Origin: Phoronis australis
Lineage: Eukaryota > Animalia > Phoronida
NCBI GenBank assembly: GCA_002633005.1
Contig: NMRA01000396.1
Coordinates: 359,146-423,145, forward strand
DNA: 64,000 nt
Reading direction: 5' to 3'
Below are positions 52,001 through 64,000 of the stretch, one piece after another; positions within the stretch are counted from its first letter, which is position 1; every line of letters starts with the position of its first letter. The notes below the pieces were generated by a model. That model saw only the letters and a program-made list of their open reading frames with translations. It was not told the DNA's origin and made no database searches. Made by a program: the position numbers and the translations under genes.

Positions 52001-55000
52001 AGGATCAAGAAGAAAGTAAGCAATCTGTAAGCTTGGATATGGCTGCAGCATATTACTCCTTCTTCAAAAAGATACCGGTTCCCCAGAACTTGGAGAAAAT
52101 ATACATCGTCCACACCTTGCTTTTATATTTCTGGAATATAGACGTAGAATTTGCGCCCAATAACGTAAAGCTCATCGACTTGTCAGAGAACAGGCTCGAA
52201 TTACTTGAAACTACGGTTAGGGGGTTAACGTTACTCAGTCATTTGGTCCTTCGTAACAATAATCTGAAGTACGTTAAACCTGGATTTCTAGCTTATTTAC
52301 CATCGATAGAAATAATAGAGCTTCAGGACAATTTACTCGGTTTAGAAATGAAACCCCATCAGTTCGCCAGGGTTTTTGAAAACGTAACAACTCTCACTGA
52401 GATAGACCTGACAAGAAATTATTTGCACAGCCTCACCGCAGAATGTTTAACAGGCAATGAAAATTTGGCAAAAATACATTTGGCAAACAACAAACTCGAC
52501 AAAATAGGATTACAAGTGGAAAAATTTCCAATGTTAGAGTTCCTAAATTTGTCTAAGAATGCGATTTTATTTCTATCGTCAAACGAGACATCTGCCCTAG
52601 ATTCTATAGCGGAGCAACACGAACTGGTTGTAGACCTATCTGGAAACATCATGCTGTGTTCCTGCGCCACTCTGAACTTCCTCGAATGGTTGAGAACTGC
52701 CAGTGTTACATTTCCCAAGAAGAGCTCATACATGTGTACCTATAAAGGCAAAACACGAAATTTGGAGGAATTTCTCAACAGTGACTACGAGGATTTTCGT
52801 GACGAATGCTTTTCTAATGTTATTACTGTTCTAACAAGTTCGTTGGTAGCTGGCACTGTTCTGGTGTTGTCCGTAGTCATAGGTAAGTTGTCGCAACTGA
52901 ACAATTTTTTGGATAAAATTATTTTGACCATCGCTACCACCCATTACGATCTTCGCTGTAAATAATACAATTATTCTCAATAATTTTGGTTAAAACCACC
53001 ATAAACCAGGATCTGGTGTTACAACTTTTTTCACAACCTTATTCAATAAACTTCAGTGCATTTTAATGTCCTTTGATTGAAATGAAACTGGACACAACAT
53101 AACGCCTGGAGTTCCACTGACAATCACACCGCTTTAGCTGCTGAAAATAACTATCTGTGAGAAGTAACTGATATAAGTCTAGTCTGAAGCGATAACGAAC
53201 TCTCATTTCCTCTCGAACCTTAAACTGGCTCTAAACCTCTGGACTTGGAACAAAATCCAACCATGGGTAAGAGGCTTAAATTAGACCATTTCTTACAGAC
53301 TAATTGTCTTTATTACACCATTAATAAATTATCACTTGCTCCCAATGTGTAGTAAGCACTTTTAAGAGTCACATGTGATCACTTGACCTAGTACTTACAC
53401 GTCTGAAAACATTGCTGTCCCGATCGGAGTTCGAACCAGCGAGCTTCTAAAATCCGTGTACAGACCCTGCGGGACTTTTTGCTGAACACAGAAATACAAT
53501 AATTTCTGTATAGTTCATTCGTGAATAGGTCAGTCTCTAGTCTATGCAAAATCCAATACAGGATGGTACAGAAGATGGCACATCCGTTACATCATCTACA
53601 AACTATTTCGACAACCTCCTGAACCCAACGACAGTCACAGATACGATGCCTATCTAGCTTACGAAAGCAGAGACCACGACAAAGCATTGGAAATGACAAC
53701 GGTTCTTGAGCGAGATCATGGCCTTAAGATCTACATACACGACAGAAATGCACCGTTGCCTGGTGATCACCACGACAGCATTTTTGACGGTCAGTTCAAA
53801 CGGATGTTTGTGCACGTGCAGTTGAAAGAACATCATTGTCTGTGCCTTCAACCACATGTCTACAAAACTATCAATTAAAATTCTTCTAAAGTACATATAT
53901 TTTATGGACGTATGAAGATGGCAGATTTTCATTTTTGTCTTTATACCGACGTGCCATAGATTGGGTAATGTGACCATGTCTTTCCAGTGAAATTTACAGC
54001 AAAAAAATATTGATTGCAAACAAACAACCTCAATAACAATCCCAAATTTCATTTGACATTGATGTCTAAGGTGAAATCTCAAAAATGCTGTTATACACGT
54101 AGTTTTCTAAATTATCGTTTGGTTTGTTTCATGCAGTTTATATTTTTTCATAAAAGGCGTAAATGTCCTTATTTTAATTGTGCATCTTGCTAAAGTGAAA
54201 AGCTATTTCTAATAACGGTTTGGAGAACAGAGCATAAAACAGTATGGGAAAACTCATATGAATCTGATCCGCCATTTCTAAGACATGACGTTTCGAAGTT
54301 ACTCAAGTATGGGACATTTTTGTAGCGTCTAACAAAAACATAATAGAGATTGTGAAGATCGCATTATAACCAGGTAATGCTGGTTAAAAATTCATCAAAA
54401 TCTCTGAGTTTTGCATTATCGTGTGCCACGCTCTTTCACACATAAATTCAAACGTGTTGCTTTGAAGTTGCTGAGTTCTTGCCTTTCATCATTTTGTTTG
54501 AGTAAACTAAACAAGATGAACCCGTTTTCACACCTTGAGGTCATTGGCATTTGATTCATTGGTAAAGTTTTAGACTTTTCTGGGGACACCGATAAATTTT
54601 TCGCAATTATTGTGAGAGGATACAGGGACACCTGGCTTTGGGAATTCTTGGTACCCTGATCAAAGGTCATAATTCGATTCCTTATATAACATATTAAAGA
54701 ACCTGTTCAGTGTAAAGGTTAGCCATCTTACTTGCGAAACTCGGGATGACTAGTTCTTGGACTTATCAGTTGTTGGATGTGATGGCGTCTTTGCTTATAA
54801 CATTTCTCAAAAATCCCTTTAGGGCCTTTAGGTCCTATTATTGAATTGCGTTGTCTTGGTTTGCCATTGAAATACTCTACTGTTCGTTAACTCCATGTCA
54901 TTCGGGTTTACAAATCTCTCCTAAAATGTTTTTCATAAACAAGTTTCCTCCATGCCAAATGTGTTCCATTTCATTGGATGCAAGCCAAAATACGTGATAC

Positions 55001-57810
55001 ATATGAAGTTTTTGAGATGATTTGTTCATTGCGATGTTTCTACTTAAAACCACGTATTACACGTACTTAAATATTGCTATATTTCTAGTCCAAAGTTTCA
55101 CTAATCCGAAGGTTCTATACTCCGAGCATTCACTACTTTTAAAATTTAGCATGTCTGCTTATGAGCTGGATTGACGTAATACTGTATTTGGGTCCACTTA
55201 ACGAAAATCAGCAGTGTCTGGGTAGCCCTCTAGGAATACACATAGTTTCAATCGATTTGGACGTGTGCGTGGTTACCGGGTAAAATGGGTCAGGTTGATG
55301 AGCAGCTGATAAACAGTTCTGTCTCTCAGTGAAATGGCACGATCAGGGTATGGATTTGGTCAATCTATGGTGGTCGGTAATTCATTAATATTCCTACTTT
55401 ATATTCTTTTTAACAGCGCAACGAAGTACGTACTCATTCTGCCGTATCCAATTTCGCATGCGCTTACCTAAACGCTAACAAAGTGCATTAGAACTCGGTC
55501 ATTGTTTTCAGCAGGCACACCATTTCGCTTATTTTTGCTTAAAGAAATCTGAAAATTACACCTGAGTCTGCAGTTTAATTTATTTCTATCGTAGTAAACC
55601 GTCAGTATAGAGAACCTTCGGAATAGAGATCCCCGGAGTACTGAAACTTTGGAGTTAGTGGGCTGTTCTCCTTAAAAATTACTTCGCACAGTCATGGTGT
55701 TCTTCAATTTATTGAACAGTTTCCTTTCTTATAGGAAGGCCCCCTTCTCGGTCTTGTCAATGTATTCATGAGAAGCGTTATTGAGAATTCCTCAAGCAAG
55801 TTTTTCGCAATCGTTACGACGATTTCACTTGGATTTGTATAACATTTTAGACTCAGCCGCTGTTGGCCTATGCACAAAGATGATCACCTTTCCAAAACTG
55901 TCCAGTAAATCCAACACGTATTTCAGGAGTTGGCCGTAGCAAGAAAGTAATAATGTTGATCACCGACCATGCTTTGAGAAGTCAAGAGTCATGGTGGAGC
56001 TTTGAAACTGACCTATCCCTGTCCATTAAGGGGAAGAGCAAGATTCTCTGTGTGGTGAAAGGTCATCTGTCCATAGGCAGGTAATTAAAAAGTTAGCAAA
56101 CAAGTAAGAGGTTATACAAAAAATGGCAATACGGTAATTTCTGTATTGAGGTGATGTTGACCGGCTTAGCAGGTGGGAATCCAAAAAGGTCGATGTCCTA
56201 CCTGCAAGTGAGGAGCACTGAATACTTTTTACACAGGGTAGTCATGCAACATCGATCCTTCAAACTGTTGTTGCGCTGTTTTTATGATTATTAGTTAACA
56301 TAGGTCCTCAGTCTGCATCCAACCTTTTAAAGGATGAAGGAAAGATTCATTTCAACCATTATTCAGGAAAACAGCTAATGTATTCGAATTTGAACTTATA
56401 GCTGAACACAAAGTATTCAAATTCCTAAAAATATAAAAAACTAGTTCTTGAATTGGCGTAGTATGTAGTGCGTTACTCAAATCATGTGCGAGTCTTACAA
56501 CATTGTCGTGAATAGCTACATCCCCGTTTCAATACTTTGTGATTTTATAAAGGTTTTTGAAAATTTAAGTTGTCTATTGACAGCTTTACATATAATTCAT
56601 CAAAAAACAATCAATATACAATCATCTATATGAATTTCGAAAACACTACTCCACGGAAACAGCCGCGTTGGAATTAATCGATAGTTTTCATAGATACATG
56701 TACCTTGACAAAAGTAAAACAAAGCGTTTAACACCACGAATTAAAACATATTACTTTCCTAATTATGATTATGGAGTACATAGCACAATGTAGACATGGT
56801 TTCAAAGTTATCTAATATCCAAAAACTAGTATGTATGATTCCAACAATTCTGCATCTACTCAACAGTGTTTAACCATTGGAATTTAACAAGGCTTTGTTC
56901 CAGGTTCTCTCTTGCTTTCAATGACATTTTGTTTATGAACAAACTTTGACTTATTGATGTGTGCCGACGACACCTGATTGAATTCGCTATTTTAAAAATA
57001 TGTAGAGATGCTACAAAGTACAAATTATTAATGAAATCAATAACAAGTTTAACAAACTTCATGAATGGCTGATATTCAACATATTGACCCTTAATTGTAG
57101 TAAAACAAAATTTATGTTGTCATCAACAACATATACACGAAGAGCACGTTCCCCGACTAAAAATAAATAACAATACAATGAAATGGTAAAACAAATTGTC
57201 TCGATCTAAACATCGAAGTCTTTAACCTGGAACAAACAGTTGGAATATCTTACAACTCCAAGATATGTGTACTGAGAGATTGTAATCCTATACACAATAC
57301 CCGCCAAAAGTATTCAGACAAAATGACTCGTAATACCCAGTCATGACAGCTGGATGGAAGCTAAAATCATCGCCGGAAAAGGAGAATTAATATGGGAATT
57401 AGAAAGGTGGCTAACCCATTTTGTAATTAGAATTTTGTCAATATAACAGTTATTGCATGTCATTTTTACTGTAAACATAATTAGCAGTAATGGTGAGTAT
57501 ACGATGTTTTTTCTTGATCATTTTTGTCCCAGTACTGTACCTTCATGTACATATCAGGCTCTAGTGACCCCACTGACATTGTTACCTGGGCATTAACAGA
57601 TATAACCGTCCAAGAATAATACAAACAAAATATTTTTAGGAACATTACACTGTCACAATATATTGAGCCTGGCCAATCCAGTTGTAAACAAATAACTTTG
57701 CAGTTAGCTAAACATTTTCAAATGTTCTGTTTCAAGTTTTACTTTTTTCACTTAACTCTCATATTCTCCAAACACACTGCACCAAAATGAACAATAAATC
57801 CAACCTTAGT

Positions 57811-57861
<51 letters not shown>

Positions 57862-59711
57862 ACTGTTGTTGCTGCTGCTGCTGTTACTATTAATAATAAT
57901 ATTATTATTATTATTGTTATTGTTAATGTTACGATTACAAAGGTTCACAAATAAAGCTTCGCCTCCAAATTGTCGCGGAATTGGCAAATAAAAATTCCCC
58001 ACGGAAATGTTCCAGAAATCAATCCCAACACAAACTCAAATATCAGCGCATTTGAAGATTGCGTCTATTCACTAATGTTATATTATCCATCACTATATCG
58101 ACTGCAAGCTCATCTTTTATTTGTGACGTTGCATAATAGTATATCTGAAATTCTGGCCCTTATGTACATAAGTGGGGACGAAGTCCTCAAATTTTTGACA
58201 CTGCATTTATTTTCAATAATATTTACATGTCAACAAATAGCTTGCTCTCCATATGTATCAAAGCTAGAACATAACAATGAACATAAGACAGCGGAAGAGA
58301 GGACAAGGGTTTAATTTTTTGCACAAATTTCAAAAATGCCCTGAAAATTTAAGAAACATAATTTGGTTCCTGTTGACCCTTTTACGTGCAACTGGCCACT
58401 TATACCAAAGATGGTCGATTGTCAAACTTTTCCGAACGTATAGTAACTCAGTAGTTTTTTCACATTCCTATGTTGATAGTTTTTGTAAAGAATATTTATT
58501 GAATAAGCACCCGTTAATATGTAATCTTACGAACAGCTTGTAAAATCTCAGTAGAGTTGTTATGTACTTTTGTTGTCAAACGCTGCTCCAGCTTTTTACG
58601 AATGTGGATGTCCACCGATACATTTCTGAGAAAGTTCTATATCACAAACAATGAGTAGACAGTCGGTAGTGAAAGTGTCATGATCTCTGTGTCCGGTGTT
58701 CTATAGAAATGAAAAAATGGAAATTATCTATTTTTCTTTGCTTTTTACTATTGATGCTGAAAGCTATCGTTACATTCATCTACTTTGCAATTCTCTAACT
58801 TTTCATTCTCACTACAGGTGCAAGTAGTTATTGCGATGTTAATGTTCTATACATAACTTTTGCTAGTATATAATCGTTAGATAATTCATATTGATTAAAT
58901 GATAGGTTATCTAAATGATTTTTTCGATAGTCTCTCATACCTTCAATCAACACGAATTGTAACTTGCTTTTGTTATTTTTAATTACTATATAATTACTTG
59001 ATGTTGGTGATTAAGTGGTATTTGTACCATTACTGTAACCACTGCATAGACTATTTTCATTACTATCAGGTTGAACCGGAAACTGAGATACCTAATGGCA
59101 GACGACACATACCTGCTGTGGCCAGAGAAGGAAAATGTTGCGAATATGCTCACTTTCTGGAGAAATGTTGCCTTAGCAATCACCAGTAAAAATGGTATTC
59201 AGATTGACACAGGGGGTGAGTATTTGACGCAAACTTAGAATTGAGCCTTGGCGTAAAATCCCTAGAATGTCAGGAGAGCAACGGTAAACATTGAGGACGT
59301 CCTGTAATGGAACAACTTATGTAGTGTAAAAGGATTCTTGCCTAGTTACCAGACGGAAAAAGTTGATCGGCTCCACCTGATACTACTAATTGTTTCAAGA
59401 AACCGTTGTTCACATGTTGTCGGTCCGTTTCCACATTAGTGCATCTGTAGACCAAAGTGTGAATCTATTTTCAACCCAATGACAAACTATCTTCAGAGAT
59501 AAGTGATGTTCATGTTCTTTGTAGCCAACCCATGCACATTTAGTCCAGATTAAGTAAGTTGTCCATTTCACTCGCTTTTGAATGTATGACTGAAGTATTA
59601 GTGTGTGTTATTGATCTCGTTTTAGTGTGTGGACTATATGTGCCTGAGCACCAGGGCCAGAAGATTGCACAGCAATTGCCGGTGGAACGTATTTCTGTGG
59701 CATCCACTTAA
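45100..59711 (+). CDS. TLR: Toll-like receptor, copy B, 7 coding exons: 45100-46090, 48385-48525, 51992-52882, 53562-53789, 55927-56080, 59070-59215, 59626-59711 (~878 aa)
   Basis: Paralog of copy A with the same exon sizes (exon 1 is 3 nt longer), open frames, GT-AG sites and the same LRR/TM/TIR motifs; total 2637 nt. Confidence 0.92.
47659..48010 (-). mobile_element. Penelope-like retroelement fragment (GIY-YIG endonuclease)
   Basis: The minus strand reads LKSPIPLLNKCNVVYQVECDNCKEFYIGLTQRRFYDRLK*H...IYRHC...SLN..SVTLQLW*. Confidence 0.78.
48385..48525 (+). CDS. TLR copy B coding exon 2
   Basis: ttcacag|GT ... ACAG|gtagg; translates GIYKEVFSVCISLSGLVHLREIHVSWQY...; 141 nt. Confidence 0.85.
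51992..52882 (+). CDS. TLR copy B coding exon 3 (LRRs, LRR-CT, TM)
   Basis: cctttcag|AA ... ATAG|gtaagt; 891 nt, lies within ORF 51967-52965. Confidence 0.92.
53562..53789 (+). CDS. TLR copy B coding exon 4 (TIR N-terminus)
   Basis: atacag|GA ... GACG|gtcagt; contains YDAYLAY and HDRNAPLPG. Confidence 0.88.
55927..56080 (+). CDS. TLR copy B coding exon 5 (TIR core)
   Basis: tttcag|GA ... GGCAG|gtaatt; translates SKKVIMLITDHALRSQESWWSFE. Confidence 0.9.
56340..57330 (+). mobile_element. Ancient LINE RT fossil in TLR copy B intron 5
   Basis: YEFRKHYSTETAALELID..KAF..WFQSYL; same position as 22480-23430. Confidence 0.65.
57812..57925. repeat. Compound (TTG)n/(CTG)n/(TAA)/(TTA) trinucleotide microsatellite
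   Basis: Seen directly; it produces the poly-Asn ORF at 57748-58002. Confidence 0.92.
59070..59215 (+). CDS. TLR copy B coding exon 6 (TIR box3)
   Basis: ctatcag|G; translates TYLLWPEKENVANMLTFWRNVALAI; donor gtgagt at 59216, or read-through TAG ending at 59238. Confidence 0.88.
59626..59711 (+). CDS. TLR copy B putative last coding exon (VCGLYVPEHQGQKIAQQLPVERISVAST*)
   Basis: Homologous to 24922-25007 with the same acceptor, frame and TAA. Confidence 0.6.
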
Positions 59712-62700
59712 TTGGCGATACAATCACCGCCAATATTGCAGAGGAGATCGAGCTGATTTTTATACATGGAATATATTGCGGCGACACGTGTTACATTAAC
59801 GCCGTTGTGTTGTTAGCGTCTTTTCGTACGACTGTGTTTGGTTGGAACTCTTCCCGTTCCGTCTTTCAATAACGCTAGGACCTTGCTATAAAGCCAGTAT
59901 TTGGGAGATTTCGTTAGATATTGCCTTGTATTTTAAATGAAAACACACATGGCTTTGGCTAGATTTTAGCTAGGTCCTAGAGTAGGTCCTAGCGTTATAG
60001 AACGTACGCTAGTTTTTCATGATTTTGAACTTGAAAAACCAGTCAGGTCCAACAGGCTGTACAAAACTTAAAAATGTGAGCAGTATAATGAGCCAAAGAC
60101 TTCAAAAACCTTGAACAAAGTCTATTGAAACTAATTCATCTAATTCATTTTTTCACCTTTTTGTGACTACCTGAAGTGCAGCCGACTACGTGAAAAAAAA
60201 CGAGCAAAAATACGCCAAATCTGCTGTTTTCACCCCAAAGCCACCATTTGCATGTAATTACTGTGAACTGAGAGACAACGTATTCAGACTACAAAACCTC
60301 CCTGCATTACATAAATCAGGTGAAACGTGGGTGTCGACCAGCTATATTTTTCACAATTAAATCCAAAGAATGTGAAGGGTACGCAAATTTCCTGTTAAAT
60401 TTCAACTTCCCGCTTGCAAGCAGTAAAGGTTTAAGAAAAGCCATGGCTGTCCTTCACTCTGAGTAAAGAGTTGCCAAGGCAAGGCCAAAGCTTTCTATTA
60501 TTTGTCTGGGCAATCTCCCCAATAGGAGGGTTGGTGGGACAATTTACATGTACATGTAAATTGATTGGGTGTTTTGCTTTGCCGGGTATTGTCTGTGGTA
60601 AGAATTCGACATCATTTTAAATATGATTTTGTCTAGGATTGCAGAATGGCAACCCCTCCTCGTTATTTGTTGTTTCCTTAAACGATGTATACACAACAAT
60701 GACACATTTACTCGAATTTCAACATTGCTTATAGAGAACCTAATTTTACGCCCTGACTAGCTACTGACACTAAAGACAAATGACTTAATTGCTAACTTCG
60801 TTATTATCCAGAAATAACAACAGTCATTAAAAGATCATTTGTCCACTGAGTGATTTTCATTTTAGTACATGTAGGTCATGAGTAATTAAAACGGCAATTA
60901 ACCTTGTATTGAGTTCTAGGCTGGCTTGATTTATTGAATGTATTTGCATAGGAGTAATACTTGGAGTAGACGGACTCTTCGTAAACGCTTAAAAGAAAAT
61001 ATGTTTTAGAAGCTGTGCAAGTCACGAATTTACTTCAGTTGTATGGATTAGTGAGAGATGAATCTTTGCCTTCGTAACAAATTTTCTAGCAGTTTTGATT
61101 GAATAGGTGTCATACGTTGCTGTGAAAAACGAAATGTGATTGAAAATGACGATTGTAAAATGGAAATTTTAGGCATACAAAAGTGCAAGAATTAAATTCA
61201 CTACTCATCACTTTCCTCTGCATTTGAAATAAAAAGAATGACTTCGGACACATGTACAATTANTAAAAATTCCCGTGTGGTTCTTTTTCGGAATCGCTGC
61301 ACATTGATGCCCCCAAATACTGTATTTATGCTCATTGCTGTTCCTGTATTTTGTTTAGTGACTAATAAGTCCAGTTGGCTCTGTTCAAGTAACACTGGCC
61401 ACTGTAATGAATTCTTTTTCTCAATATGTAGATGAATAATGCCGCCTTCTCTGTCTGGGCGTCCCGTGAACATGGATGTATCTCCTGAACCCCTTGCAGA
61501 ATTTTATTGAAATTTGATTGGTGTGTTTTTTATGTGACTGAAAACCGATGACGACGAGTTTCAGACTGACCCAAATCCGAATGCGGCTGTTACCCACTAG
61601 TGGAATTTTTAGTTGTTTACGTTTGTAAGGCATTTTAGTTCATAAAGATCAAGATTTTGATATAATCTATCTAATCTGGGAACATCGGTCACATTCGACA
61701 GCAAATTTCTGCTGTTACATAAACAATCTCATTTTCAATTTTGCCAATATTGCATATCTCACAAATTCCCTCACCTGCGTGTTGCCCTGTATCAAACGAA
61801 CAAGCATTTTCTTTAGGTAAGGGTCTAAATCCTACAGGTATTTTTCGCATTATAATTCTGTAAAGTTGATATTTAGTCGGACTAATAATTACAGAGTGCC
61901 AATTTTGTACGGCACAGTCATTTAATATCTGACTAAATTCTGAAAGGGAATAAATCTACGTGACCCAGTCCGTGTAACCATAACTCTCCAAACCCGTAGA
62001 TGCAAAGTAACATTTAAGGTAATTGCCTATGCTATATCTCTAGTGATAACAAAAGTTATCGTTGTCATACCAATTTCATCCAAGCCAAGATTTAAGGTCG
62101 GTGATTCCAAAATTATGAAGATGAATACTACCATAGAAGTCCCTCAAGTCTTGGATCTTGGAATTCTCTCCAGTGTATTCATTAATATTTTTCTACTCAT
62201 TGCCCCACAATTGACATAGTTGTTTGCAATACTTTTTGTTCGTATTCAGTGAAAAAAGCGAAGTTAATGAATGTAGAAACCTACCTGTTATGTGGTTTGA
62301 AACAAACCATATGAAAGATAACCCTGAAAATTTTCAGTGTACAACATTCTCAAGAAAATTGTCCCACGAGAAAAACGTTCATGTTGCATGATTTAGCAAA
62401 GTTATGGTTATGCAGCACCCTATAAAAATCCAAATTTGGCTGACTTCGGAACATCACATCTCAGAGATGGCTTATTAAATTCATATGAATTTTCAGATAC
62501 TTTGTTTTATGCACTGATGCTTTTAAAATGTTTCGTTTTTTGCATGAGGCGCTGTCATAAGATAGGGCTATCGTGACTTTCAGGAAAATCTTTGAAGTTG
62601 CATAAAACGAAAAGGAAATTATTTTTTTAGAAAACTATCACAGAATTTTCAAAATCTCACCTTGACCATTCACATCAAATAAATTTTACCGTGTTATAGA

Positions 62701-63067
62701 TGACATTGTTTTACTGTACATGTACTATCAATTTCACTAAGTTTTACAGAACTACGTGGTTAAAAGTAAAAAAAAACAAATTCTACAGGCTTTGTTCTCT
62801 CAAGAATATTTGCTTTTACTCAATTAAATCTACATGTATACTTGTCTAGATCTTTTGGTAAGTGCAGAGGATTGTCGATAAGATCCTATATGACCTTAAG
62901 ACGTGGAATCGTTTCCCTAATAATATTTAAGACATAAATGTTCTAAATGATTTTCAGTTGGCCGTCATAAATTCAAAACTTCATTTGTCGAATGTTGCTG
63001 CAAGACATTTGTAGTATTTTTCTCAGTACGTTGAACAGGTCAGCTGAGTTTGGCATTAGCATATTAA

Positions 63068-64000
63068 AGGAGAATGCCACCCGATTTAATTAGTCTTTTT
63101 GCCGTCTTAATCGGTCTATATCCACTACGCCTCGCATAAGGTCGACCTTACCTTGCCAAGAGGTGTCGCGTTAACCTGTGAGGAAGGTGAGAAACGACGT
63201 TAGCGGCGTCAGTGGTTCATATGCAGAGTGAATGCCGCTATGTTGCGGCGTGCATCGTTATTGCTTATCCGAACTACATTGTAAGCAGCTGCGAGGAAAG
63301 CTGGTACATCGTTTTTTTTTGCTTCCTGGAGAGTCCGAAATGCTTAGGAATTGGCCCATGGTAGTGAAGAATGAAATGTACGCTGAAAATAGCAAGTATG
63401 AGGCCGTGAAACATCTCCGTGTCTGTGGCCTGCAAACGTCGACAGTGCCTGACGAATGCCGGCTTACCAAATAACTCTATACGTTCCGTTGTCTGAACGT
63501 GTTCACGACGCCTATTTAGTATTTTTTCATCACTGTATTCCTGTTGGAATTGATAGCCTGTAAAATTTACGATCCACCTGCGAAGTCGGGACGGATGAGC
63601 TCTAGCTCGTCCTAAGTCGGGATTGCGAGTTGCCAGGTTGGCTTTTATTACTGAGCGTTCTGTTTCAAAATGAATTATTCTCACCCTAACCAATACTTAT
63701 ATAAAACTGAAACAAAGTCTGTCTCATTAGATGGAATTTGTTATGCCTTTGGAGTGTTCGTGAGGGCAAATGATTTGTCTTTTGAAAAGCCAGCAATGAA
63801 TAAATCACTGCGTTACCGGCTTTAGGTGGAAAACTAATTGACGGGGCCGTGTGAGCTCATGCTAATTTAGTGTTTGCTGGATGAAACTGTTGTGAAACAA
63901 CTCGATTTCTATCCCACAGCCAGGTGTTAGGGGAGTTTTTATTTACATTTACATTACTCAAATAATCATTGTCAATGTACAACTTCTGCCCTGACGGTGC
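63068..64000 (+). mobile_element. Second copy of the same Kolobok-type element, running off the window end
   Basis: TTAA|AGGAGAATGCCAC start; collinear with 27770-28720; ORF 63232-63474 is the frameshifted THAP remnant. Confidence 0.82.

Larger units (their letters stand above)
41800..62660 (+). repeat. Tandem segmental duplication, unit B
   Basis: Collinear with unit A; offset about 35.9 kb at the 5' end. Confidence 0.85.

Noticed and set aside
53410-53450. GTTCGAAC B-box-like sequence as a tRNA gene
   Set aside because: No full cloverleaf; at most a SINE head fragment.
57748-58002. Poly-Asn ORF
   Set aside because: Translation of a (TTG)n microsatellite.
41800-62660. Duplication as an uncollapsed allelic haplotype
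   Set aside because: Intron divergence and many copy-specific TE insertions favour true paralogy, though read depth is needed to exclude it fully.
63274-63693. 139-aa minus-strand ORF
   Set aside because: Lies within the Kolobok element; the frame is not preserved in the copy at 27770.

Overview
This is AT-rich, repeat-rich animal genomic DNA with spliceosomal GT-AG introns, probably from a marine invertebrate such as a lophotrochozoan (inference). No prokaryotic features were seen. The window holds a tandem duplication with a unit of about 36 kb (~5905-34820 versus ~41800-62660). Each unit carries an apparently intact + strand Toll-like receptor gene: signal peptide, LRR-NT, LRRs, central insert, LRRs, LRR-CT, TM, TIR. 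I assembled 7 coding exons per copy by hand from splice sites, reading phase and paralog comparison (about 877 and 878 aa), plus a probable non-coding 5' exon. The TIR domain is split over three exons that the ORF track mostly misses. Around and inside the genes are TE relics: Kolobok-type THAP/TTAA elements of two families, a truncated Gypsy LTR element, L2/CR1-type LINE pieces, Penelope GIY-YIG fragments, a Helentron/HINE-like element with a CTCF-like motif array, and small MITEs. The most notable observations are a hypervariable Z-loop-like ectodomain insert, a near-identical (converted) LRR-CT/TM tract, a chimeric patch of TLR exon fragments inside an intron, and possible alternative C-termini or decoy isoforms.
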